In this document: positions 40,001 through 50,691 of the stretch, piece after piece
Position numbering within the stretch: the first letter of the stretch is position 1
How the letters are laid out: each line of letters opens with the position of its first letter
NCBI GenBank assembly: GCA_001643675.2
Contig: LSRY02000007.1
Span: 1,674,001-1,738,000, forward strand
Direction of reading: 5' to 3'
DNA: 64,000 nt
DNA from: Monocercomonoides exilis PA203
Taxonomy: Eukaryota > Protista > Preaxostyla
Translations under genes and position numbers: made by a program
The notes under the pieces: model-generated
Seen by the model: the letters and a program-made list of their open reading frames with translations, nothing else
Database searches by the model: none
What the model was told of the DNA's origin: nothing

Positions 40001-42601
40001 GATCTGGTGAATCTTCTGGTGAAACAGATAAAACAGCCTGTTATGTCTGAAACTGAAACTGAATGTGAAGCAGGAGAAAAAATGAATGAGGCAAAAGATA
40101 ATGATGTCAATAATGCTGATCAATCATTTAGTCTTTTGTCGTTTGCAGATGAAGTGTTGGAGAAGGAGGAAGAAACAATTAGTGGATTAGACATAAGCAA
40201 AGCATCATCAGCAGCAGCAGCAGCAAAAGAGGAAGAAGAGCAATCAACAACAAAAATGGATATTGTACAGGAATCTCAACCAGTGCCCGTTGCTCCATTG
40301 AAGAACAACCTGGCCAAAAGAGGTGTTCAAATGCTTTGCTCGTTTGTGGGCAGCGACTTGACTCATCTTCTTCTTCAGCTTCTTTTGCTTTCAACTTCGC
40401 CTTCTTTCTCTTTTGAATCGAATGAAAGTAACACAAAATTGAGTTCAAACTCAAATTCTGTTGAATGTTCAATAAATAATACTGAGGCTGTTCATTTGAA
40501 TATTCCAACAGCTACTTCTTCTTCTGTTCCTTCTCCAATATCAACACCTCATCCATCCTCTATTTCTTCTTCCATTCCTTCTTCTCCTTCAAATAACTCA
40601 TCATCATTACCATCATCCTCCTCCTCTTCTTCTTCTCATCCTCTTTCTCTCTTCTCATTTTTGGGCTCTCCATTTTCACATTCTCGTGCTGCTGCTTCTG
40701 CCGAGTGGCAATGTCGCCCTGTCACTCGTCATTCATTCTCTAAATGTGTATTGCTTGTTCTATCAGCTCTGCCTTCTTATCCTTCTAATTCTTCTCTTTC
40801 TCTGAGCAATTCACACAGTTCTGTCAAAACAGGCAATGTTGTGTCTGAACTGTCCCCTTGGTTTGAGAAGAAGAATGTGGATGCTCTCAAAATGGCTTTT
40901 CTCCGAAGAGCACTCCTGCTGTTTACTGCTCTTTTCCCATCTTCTTCCTCTTCCTCTTCTTCTCTTTCCTCCTCCTCTTCTTCCTCTTCGTCTTCATATG
41001 CAGCAGCTGATAGGTTCCTGTATGCTTTGACTCTTCCTCTCTTCGATGCCTCCCACACGATGTCTGTGCCTGCTGTGTTGAATGTCATGTCATACTTCAA
41101 TTCTCACTCGCCAACTGTCGGAAAACTTGCTCCTTCTTCTCTTTCTCTCTCTTCCACGCTGCCAGCTAACCATCCTTTCTCATTGACTCAGCCAAATAAC
41201 AATACAAATGCGTCAGCTACTCTTTCTGCTGCTTCTCCTTCGCAGCTGACATCACAGGCTGTTAATATACATTCAGCTATTTCTCATTCTTCTTCTGACA
41301 ATTCTTCATCACCTTTCACTCGCCTGTCAACTGCTCATCAAGTCGGAGGAAGCATACCAACTTCTGTTGCCTCTTCCACTTTGGCTCCTTCTCCGCCTCT
41401 TCCTTCGCTTTCTGACGATTTGTATGCATTTGGTGCTGATTTGAACACTTTGAGTGTGTTTCCTGCGCCTTCCATTGAACAAATGGAGCTGTTCTTTGAG
41501 ATATTTGCATGGGGAAGCTCAAAAAGAAAGAGAACAGTGAAAACACAGAAGAAGGATGTAAGTAAAGAAGAAGAAGTGGAAGAAGAGAAGGAGAATGAAA
41601 GGAAAGCGAATTGTAATAACACATTGATTTCTTATCTCTCTAATTCATCTGCAACTTCTGCAAAGGCCGCCTCCATTCGTCTCCTCTCCTCCTCCTTCTT
41701 CATTCTCCCTCCTCATCTCCTACCTCCTCATCTCCTCACTCTCCCTCTCAACTATTCTGATCTTCTTCCTTTCCTTCAGACTGCCAAGTGCCCAAGCTGC
41801 CGCCAGGTTCCGCAGAGGATGGGGTTGTGTCTGCTGTGTGGGAGGATCTTGTGCATGGGAGGGTATTGCTGTGCGAAGGAGGTGGTGGCGAAGACACAGG
41901 ACGTGGGGAAGAAGCTGTGGGAGGACGAGGAGGAGGAGAGGAGGAGGAAGAGAAGAAGAGAAGGGAAAGAAGGAGAAGGAAGAGGAGAAGGAGAAAGAGA
42001 GGGATCTGCAAGTCAAATGGATGATGAATATGAGGATGGAATGTATGGAGATGATGGTGCAGATGAAGGAGATGAGGGAGATAAACAGAAGAGGAGGCAA
42101 AGAAATGGCTTCTCAGAAGTTCTGTTGAGAGATGGATTGATGTCAGAAGAGGTGGAGCATGCAATGTCGTGCTGCGGAGTCGTGTTTCCGATTCAGTCGA
42201 CGTTCGCTGCTGCTATCAAGTGCCATCATGCTCAGGACATCAAAGCAGAAAAATTGTATGTTATCAATTTATTTATTTATTTATTTATTTATTTTCTGAA
42301 TGTTTTTAATATTTTTAATTTATTCATTTATTATTATTTCTTTTTCAAACCATAAAAATTAACTGTGTATTTTCAGATATCCGCTGTATCTTGACGTATT
42401 CGGAAATGAGCATTTCGGCAATCCCAAAGGTGATTCTCTTTATTTGTCATTGGAAAAGTTTGCAATTTCTAATTTTTAATTACCAAATTCATAATTCAAT
42501 TTATTTTTTTTAAATTTATTTTAATTTTGAAATTTTTAAAATATAAATCTTGGATAATTAGTTATAGCAATCTCCTTCCTACACTATGTCATCACATTTA
42601 G
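21848..42601 (+). CDS. Giant UBR1/UBR2/UBR3(PRT6)-family RING E3 ubiquitin ligase, ~6,680 aa, 7 predicted exons
   Basis: Exons 21848-21858, 21928-22268, 22332-22477, 22576-28491, 28760-42255, 42377-42457, 42562-42601 join in frame with GT-AG introns. UBR-family blocks: HIPLHRLLA, QQPL..WRRNG..D.FLIQ, winged helix LRRHIILSL..LSHSSL..LKLNECCWKEVD, RING CALC / TCGHAMHSDC / FMCPICEQQANLLLP, and C-terminal CPSC..LCLLCG..CC..EHAMSC..YLDVFGNE..LYLS. Confidence 0.88.
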
Positions 42602-42855
42602 TATCAAAAAAATATACTTGTTCAAAGAATTTTTTTTTTTTTGACTTGATTATAACTGCTATTCAATTAAATATTTAGTTATTTTATAAATCTTCATTTG
42701 ATTGCTTTTTTTGTCAATTTTTGTTATTCATACTTTTATTTTACACTAATTTCTCTTTTCACTGTTGGCAATTAGAATTTTGATGAACATGGAAAAAAAA
42801 ATGATATAAATAAACTTAATTATCAGTTGTTTGATCTTTCATAAAGATTGGATCT

Positions 42856-43962
42856 ATGGCGTACAGGGTTGTTTTCCTTGGCGAGGGTATTCTTCTCATA
42901 ATATTATAAAAATGCTCTTAATATTGTTATTATTTTTTAATGTGACTTCATTTTTTATTTTATCTTTTAATGCTTTTTCGCGTGATCTTTTAACAATCTT
43001 TGATGCTTAAATGTGAATTTTCAAATAACATTCGAACAAAAGGGAGAGTCGGAAAAACATCTCTCATCATGAAATATGTTAAAAATGTTTTCACAGAAAA
43101 GCAAGAATCAACGACCGAAGCACAGAACTTTGAACAAAGAGTGAAAGTTGATGACTCTTTCGTCCCACTTGACATTTGGGTATATTTTAGAAATTTATAT
43201 ATATTTAGTCGCATTTTCCATTTTTTATTTGTTTTTTTGAATGTATTTTATCTTTGACTTCTGTAGGATACTGCTGGACAAGAAAGATATCATTCACTTG
43301 GACCAATTTACTATCGCGAAGCAAAAGGTTAAATATTTCTTGATTTTTAATTAACTTTCATTAAACATTTTTATGAATTTTTGCTTTTTTAGGTGCTATT
43401 CTTGTGTATGACATTACTGATATTGACTCATTTGTGAAAGTGAAAAAGTGGGTGAAAGAACTTCACGCAATGGTTGGAACAAATATAGCAATAGCTATCT
43501 GTGGCAATAAAATTGATAGAGAACGAGAAAAAGTTGTTGATCTATCAGAAGCAGAAGCGTTTGTGAAAATTAAATTAATTATTTATTTTCGAACATTACA
43601 AATTATAAAATTTAAAGATATGCTGCAAGCGTTGGCGCAACGCATTTCACAACATCAGCAAAAACTGGAAAGGGTGTTCAGGAAGCATTTACCTATGTTG
43701 CAAGAGGTTTATTTATTTATTTATTTTTTTATAAAGGATATCAATTTATTTATATTTTGTTCTTGCGGTCAAATATTTTTAATTTCTTGGTGTTTTAAAT
43801 TTCATAAACATGATTTCGTTAAACCAAATTTTATTCGTTGCTATCTCAGAAATCAAGAAAAGAGACAAAACAGGAAGAAATTTCTCAGCTGGTTCTGGAA
43901 CAGGGCTGAAGGTTGGCACAAGAGACGAGCCAAAGCCTTCTGGTTCTGGATGCCCTTGTTAA
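42856..43962 (+). CDS. RAB21: Rab GTPase, Rab21 subfamily (6 predicted exons)
   Basis: Spliced product reads VVFLGEGRVGKTS, WDTAGQERYHSLGPIYYR, GAILVYDITD.DSF.KVK.WVKEL, GNKID, TSAK, and ends in the prenylation motif CPC; LGPIYYR and KVK.WVKEL are typical of Rab21. Confidence 0.88.
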
Positions 43963-45197
43963 GATATTTGTTAAATTCAAAACAATCGTTTACTTCAAAT
44001 AAAATAAAATAAAATAAACCTAAAATTTCTGCATTTATTTAACGAGTGTTTTGGGGGAGTTTTATGTTTTGAAATGTTGCATTCGAGTCAGTTTTTGCGT
44101 TTGGGTTATATTGATGTATATATTTCTTTATTCATCAATTGTTTTTTTGTTTAGCAACTCTTCTTTTTTTATTCTTGGCTATTCATCTTGACATATCCCT
44201 ATTTTTTCACCAGCGTTTTATCTTTGACTGGAGATGCAAAATACTGTTTCTTTGGTTTTTGTTAAAGTAATTGTTTTTGCTTCTCTTTCTTTCAAAAACA
44301 AAGAATCAATTCTTTTTTTATCTCGTTGACTTGTCATTTTCCAGCTATTTTCTTCCTCTGCAGTGTTCTAACATATCATCATCGTTCATTTCAATTTTTT
44401 CTTCGTTAAAGCGCGCTCTTACGAAATTCCTTGAATAAATCTATGAGGTGATAAACAAATTGGTTAAAATAAAACAAATAAATGGCAATTGTTCCTCATA
44501 AGAAAGAAGAATATTCTTTAAACGTTGAAGAAGCTATTGATTAATCCTTTCAAAATTGTCCAGGGTTGAGCATGTATTTCCTAATTTGTCTGAAAATTCT
44601 GAAAAAATATAATGAACTGATGAAAATCGATTTCTGGAGAAAATATTTGAATCAGCAATGCTCTGCCAGTTTTTTTGTCTATTAGCAAATGAATAAGTTT
44701 GTAATAAGCAAAATCAATCTTCATTGTTAATTAACAGAGGAATCTGAAGTTATAAAATGTCTTTCATATCTCTAAAAAACACTCTAACTTTTGAGAAGCT
44801 GAAAATGCTTCAGACACGCATATAAAGATAATTAACATTACTCAGAAAAGTGAAAAAAAAAACAATGAATATACAAATACAATAGCAAAAGAACTCTTGA
44901 GAAATCGCAAATATGCACAAACAAGTGTTTTTTTCATTCAGAAAAAACAAATAAATAAAACTAAAAGTTTCAATATTAGCCTTGCAATAAACAATAGAAT
45001 ATAAACAGATCTCTTTATACCCAACTAATTTTGAGAAAATCTAACTTTTAAAAAAAATAAATAACAAATAAAAATAAAAATAAAAAAATAAAATATAGTT
45101 TGTTATAAAATGCGCGCTCACATTGCTGAAAATGAAAACGAATTAGTGAACAATTCACGTTTGACTTTGAAAACTGAAAAACAAGTTTGCTTCCGTT

Positions 45198-46147
45198 TTA
45201 GCAGGTTTTATCATCAGAAGATTCTTTGTCTGTCTTTTCTTGCTCATTAGCATCATCTGAATCACTTTCGTCGTCTGAAGAATCACTGTCTGACGTTGAT
45301 TGGTCATCAATATCACTTAAATCACTCTCTTCGTCTGAAGATTCATTGTCTGATGTCGCTTTGTCATCTGCATCCCCTGAATTACTTTCTTCATCTGGAT
45401 TATCTCGAACTTGTGCTTCGGTCTCGAAAATGCTTTTTACAAGATAGTTCACAGCTTCTTCTACATTAATATTATCTTTTGCAGAAGTTTCAAACCACTT
45501 CACGAATCCATAATCCTTGCAATACTGATCAAGCTGAGACGGATCAATTGCATTTTTATCCAGATCAGTCTTAAAAAAGCAAATTTTAATTGTAAAATAA
45601 AATCCATATACGGATATATTCATACCTTGTTTGCAAGCAAAATAAATGGAATTGGAGTTTCTTTTGACTTTTTAAAATGCACTTCGGAATCAATTTCATT
45701 CTTCCACTTTGTCACCGAATCCAATGTATCCGGACGAGATGAATCAAACACCGCAAATGCTCCCGAAGTAAATTTAAAGTACATCTGCAAAAGATTCAAA
45801 TTTTAGTGTATAAAAAACCATAAAGGACAAAAATTTGCAAACACTCGTATTGCTTTCGTATCTATCTTGTTCAGCAATATCCCAAAGTTGAAGATATACA
45901 ACTTTATCTGGACTGATTTGCATTACTTTATTAGAAAAATTTACTGCGTCAGTAGCATTGTATTCAGGAGTAAATTCGTTGTGAACAAGTCTATTGATCA
46001 AATTTGTTTTTCCCACGCCATGGTCTCCAACAACAAGCACCTATATTCATTTTTAAAAAAAACATATAAATATGAAAGATGAAAAATAGAATGAAAGCAG
46101 ACTTTGTGAAGAAATTTTACAACTTTTCCACTTTCTTCCATTGACAT
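45198..46147 (-). CDS. Divergent Rab32/38/29-like GTPase with a repetitive acidic tail (4 predicted exons)
   Basis: KVLVVGDHGVGKT, LQLWDIAEQDRY, GAFAVFD.SR..T...V.KWK.EIDS.V, PIPFILLANKTD, YCKDYGFVKWFETSAKDNINVEEA; WDIA and WFETSAKDNIN are Rab32-family signatures; ends KTC. Confidence 0.85.
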
Positions 46148-46523
46148 TTTGATCCTTGACCTATTATTTTTTTTGTCTTCCAGAAAAAACATTAAACTTT
46201 TCACTCATATGGAAATTTTTTGAGCACCATAAGAATGAATAAAATGAATATTAACTATTCTTCGATTAATTTTCAACTAATATTTGTGACTTCTTCAAAA
46301 ATGATAAATATTATTATTTGACAATTTGTTTTAATCATTGAAAATCAGAAAATCTAACTGTAAGATAAAGTTTTTAATTCAAACATAAAGCAAATTTGAT
46401 GTAAAAAAATAACATCAACGTTTTAAAAATTTTTACGAATTTTATTTATAAATTTTGAAGAATTACATAAATTAAAATGATGATTTTTGTTCCAATATCA
46501 ATTTTTGATGTCAAATATAATCT

Positions 46524-47448
46524 TTAAAGTTCTTCTGTTTTACCAGAAGGATCAGCCTTAAACGTCTCTTTGATTTGTTTCTTTGATTGTTCCACTCCTT
46601 TTTTCAATTCATTTTTAATTTCATTTGATTCTTCTCCAGCTTTGTCTCCTTGAGAGTTTAATGGTGAAGCACTCAAAGCACCTAATTGTTTTAGGCAATT
46701 ATTCACGTACTGAGCAACCAAAAAGTCGGGGCTTGTGGTTTTTGTTGTGATGCCAAGTGTTTCCAATGGGGTCACATGCATCGTAGAAGCAAGATCTTCA
46801 CAATTTTTTTCATTAAGTTTATGTTTCGAAAGATAAAATAAATATTTTTTATAAAGCGTAAAAATGAGTAATGAACAGCATTGCATACGAGTAAAAGCCC
46901 TTTCATTTCCGGAACCACCTGCCATGTTGAAGAAGAAAAATTTTGTTCTGAGATGATCAATCTTCGCAGTTTGCGCCCAATGAATCACCGGACAAGCAGT
47001 TCCATACCACCAAACAGGTGCTCCGACCATAACTGCATCATATGAAGTTAAATCTTGATTTAATTCCTTCACATGCATTGAATCTTTTCCTCTAAAGCTG
47101 TTCCAATATAATCCGAGAGATTGCTTCCATCCTAGTGGAATGCTTTCAACATGAAGTTGTTGAACGGTTAAATTTAATTTGTTCTTGGAAGAGGAAAAAC
47201 AAATAGCGAAAAATGATTTATGACTAAGAAAAGATGATAAATATTATACATTGGAGCTTTCTCTGATTTGATTTGCAATAGATTCAGCAAGCTACAAAAC
47301 GGAGAAAATATAGAAATATCTTTGCATCATAAGGATTTTTTGGAATTCATACAATCTTTGTTGTGTTTGTATATGAAAAATAAGTGAGAAGAACATTTTT
47401 TTGTTCTTCACAAAAATATTGGCTAATCAAGAAAAGAAATGCGATCAT
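46524..47448 (-). CDS. Flavodoxin-like protein with predicted signal peptide and C-terminal TEEL (4 predicted exons)
   Basis: Spliced product MIAFLFLISQYFC-EEQKNVLLTYFSYTNTTKILAESIA...DLTSYDAVMVGAPVWWYGTACPV...FFFFNMAGGSG...KTEEL; the YFS.T..TK.LAE.I, YD...G.PVWW and GGSG blocks are flavodoxin FMN-binding motifs. Confidence 0.85.
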
Positions 47449-47532
47449 TTGTCACGAAATTTCAAAATGGGAAAGATTTTGAAATACAAATAATTATGAT
47501 GATCAACTTAAAAATAAGTTGAAGCCTCATGA

Positions 47533-48082
47533 ATGAGTCGTTTGATTTGTTTTTGTTTTGTTTCAAAAATATTTTATTCTTTTGATATCTAACATGTTTT
47601 AAATTTGTTTCATATCCTTTGGATTGATTATATAATACAAATAATAATTTTTCAAAGTCTTTGGAGTGATTATTCAGTCAAATTCAAGATATAAATTAAC
47701 TGTTCCAACATTTTCATGCTTGCATATAACTTCAGTATGCGTTGTGAAGTGCTTAGAAAGTCCAACAACTTTATATTACGAAAGAATACTTGGACCAACT
47801 GTTGAACGCATCGTTCTTTGTGAACTGCAGAAAGGGAAGAACTCTCAACATGTACTTAATTTGGAATTTAAATCTCGAGAAACAGTCCAGTTTTCTTCGG
47901 AAGGAGATTCAGACATATCAGTAACAGGATATTGGACATCTCATAATGATCCTTTGTCAATGACTTTATTTCCAAACCCTTTCAACGAAAGTTTGGATGG
48001 CACAGAACTTGGACTTGATCTTGATGATGATGAAGATGAAGAAGATGATGATTTTAAAAATTTATTTTTGGTTGACGAATGA
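47533..48082 (+). CDS. Nucleoplasmin-like (NPL) domain protein, probable histone chaperone
   Basis: 7-nt first exon (47533-47539) plus exon from 47658 gives MSLFGVII...LHITSV...VLCEL.....Q..LNLEF...E.VQF..EG...ISVTGYW followed by an acidic tract, the FKBP39/HD2-type NPL pattern. Confidence 0.8.
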
Positions 48083-48799
48083 TTTTTGAATAATGCATTG
48101 AGGATTTGTTGCTTCATGATTCTGATTGAGTCGATTTTCAATGCTCTTTGAATAGAAATTGTCCATATTTACATGGAATGATGAAATTAGGCAAAGCAAT
48201 TCTCAAATGTTTTTAGTATTTTACATTTGCGAAATGATTTGATAATGTTCTGCTTTGAAAGAAAATTTTGTACAAAGTTTTTTTAAATAGCATTCTCATA
48301 ATTTATGAACGAATGTTTTGAGATTGCTTGTTTTGACTGAAATATTTTGAGCTTTGATTTCGTTGAGAATAATAGATTTTTTTGAACCGTAATTTTTTAT
48401 ATTAATTGTTTATTTTGAACTATTCTCTGCAAAAAAACGCAAAGTCGATTTTACAACTGTTTTTGTATAAGTATTCAAGGATAAAGATTAATTAACGTGT
48501 GCAATTTTTTAATGATAACTGTGAAATTATAGATTTCATCGGATGTTTATCAAATTTAAACAAATTCGGTTTGTACGATTGGGGAATTATATGTCAAATT
48601 ATCTCTACAAAACTGTGCATACATTGTTGTTTCCTGAATTTTTTCTGCTTTGATAATCGAAGTGTCATAAGTTTGAAAAAATAGGCTGTTTAAGAACTTC
48701 GTTTAATTTAATTGTGTTCACCAAAATCTTTATTTCATTGTGAAAAAGCTTAAAATACCAGATTCATTCAAAATAGAAAAATAGAAATCTGAATATTTT

Positions 48800-50263
48800 G
48801 TGCAATGCACCAAAATGTGTGATTTGAATGTAAATGATATTTGTTTAAATTTGCCTCGGTCAGAAATGGACAAAAGAATTGATAAATTAGAAAACATTAA
48901 AAAAGAAGAAGACTTTCTGAAGGACATTGATGAATACGAGAACGACGACTGCAACGATGATGATGATGATGATGACGAAGAACATGAAAAAGATGAAGAT
49001 AATCATTGTCGCGAAGACGAAAAAGAACCGGATGAATTAGATGAAGAAAAAGAAAAAGATGATGATAATGATAATGATAACTTAAACGAAGATGAAGTTG
49101 AAGAGGAAGAAATCAAAAATGAAAAAAAGGAAAAAAATTTAATTATGAAGACTTGCGAAAATCTAAAATTGGTTAAATATCCGATCGGTGATGATTCTGA
49201 GAAGCTGAAATGGTTGCGGAAAAGAAAAACAAAAGCTAACTACAAAAACAACAGTACAATAAACTATTCGCAATTATACAACTTACATTGCACAAAAAGA
49301 AAAAAACTTCTTTTATCTTCATCAAAGTCAGGTGAATGTTTTTCTCCTTTTTGCAAATTTCCTCTTACAGCGCGCAAGCACTCATTTGGATCATATGCTT
49401 GCTCATCATCCAGTTCTATTTCCTCAAAGTTTGCAAATAAAGATGAGAATTTCAAAGAAAGGACAGCCAACAAATTTTTTCCGTTTCTTGAAGAGAAACA
49501 TCCAAAGCTTACAATTAAGATGCCAAAAGAGATCGAAGATCAGCAGAGATGGATGAAATGGTCTCAGCCACTTACAAGTTGTGCAGCCGACAAGGGAAAA
49601 TTGTGCTCTTTGACAACAAATTGGAAGACTTTTCAGAAAATGGATATTTCACACAAAGATTGTGAATTTACTGAACAAGAAAGTCTTTTCTCCTCAATGA
49701 AAAATTCAAAAAAACAGCAACTTCCCACTGAACCGGTTGAACTTTTGCATCATTCATCTTCTTTGAGCAACCCTTCAAAACGACTTTCTTCTCGCTTGCA
49801 TTCATCCAACAAGCCAAATCAAAGCCATTCTTCTCAAAGACCTGTTCTTTCCACAAATGAAACTTCAGATAGCTCTGCTTCTCCGTTGAGCCCTTTCTCG
49901 TTTTCTCCTTTTGCATCGCCGTTTGCACAAACAAAATGTAAACCAGCTCAAAAACCACAAATAAATTCTCTTGACACACCAACAAAAGAACAAACGTTTT
50001 TAAGGCATCATTTTAAGAGCAACGCCATTCTTGAAATCACAAAGCATGACAACTTGGATAACATATTAACTTCTCCATCTGATAGCAAAGAACACATTTC
50101 TTATGACTCATATATTTCTCTTGAAGAAAAGTATTCTTCATCTTTTGGAGTGGATCACTTCCAATCAAGCGAAGAAAAGATATTTACCGACAATTTTGAA
50201 GATGAGCAAAAGTCTGATGATTTTGACTTCATCGTAGATGCAGAAGAAAACCAAGAAGAATGA
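48800..50263 (+). CDS. Hypothetical protein (acidic N-part, Ser-rich C-part); true start uncertain
   Basis: 487-codon uninterrupted ORF in AT-rich DNA; no domain recognised. Confidence 0.7.
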   Translation: MQCTKMCDLNVNDICLNLPRSEMDKRIDKLENIKKEEDFLKDIDEYENDDCNDDDDDDDEEHEKDEDNHCREDEKEPDELDEEKEKDDDNDNDNLNEDEVEEEEIKNEKKEKNLIMKTCENLKLVKYPIGDDSEKLKWLRKRKTKANYKNNSTINYSQLYNLHCTKRKKLLLSSSKSGECFSPFCKFPLTARKHSFGSYACSSSSSISSKFANKDENFKERTANKFFPFLEEKHPKLTIKMPKEIEDQQRWMKWSQPLTSCAADKGKLCSLTTNWKTFQKMDISHKDCEFTEQESLFSSMKNSKKQQLPTEPVELLHHSSSLSNPSKRLSSRLHSSNKPNQSHSSQRPVLSTNETSDSSASPLSPFSFSPFASPFAQTKCKPAQKPQINSLDTPTKEQTFLRHHFKSNAILEITKHDNLDNILTSPSDSKEHISYDSYISLEEKYSSSFGVDHFQSSEEKIFTDNFEDEQKSDDFDFIVDAEENQEE

Positions 50264-50691
50264 AAATTTTATGTGATTGTATATTATTGTTTTATTTCTA
50301 CTCTTTCATTGATGAATTCAACTTTTTGAAAGCTTGTAAGTTCGCCCAATTATTCCCAGATTCCATTGGAGAAGTCGAGTTTAATTATCCTTTTTTACGC
50401 TTCATACTTATTGCAATATGAAAATTAAATTTAATAAATATGTGCGTATTAAAATGTTTGACACTATTTCCTTTTTTTTCAATTTTATAAAAGTTTATTA
50501 TTTGAGAGGGGAAAAAAAACTGATGGAACTATTATCTTTTAATAATTTGCATATGCATATATGATTTCATAAAAAATGAGGGTGAAACTTAATGCATGAA
50601 CTTTTTCGTTTTGTTTTTGATTAATTTGAATCAAGAATACAAATTTGGGATTAAATTGATCAACTTCACAAAAAAAATCCCAAAAGGGTGA

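Noticed and set aside
22800-42200. Numerous antisense and alternate-frame ORFs over the UBR and CNNM genes
   Set aside because: Shadows of trinucleotide low-complexity sequence that lacks stops in other frames; no domains.
44130-44830. Coding-like minus-strand patch between the two Rab genes
   Set aside because: Multiple stops and no recognisable motif; no gene model can be supported.
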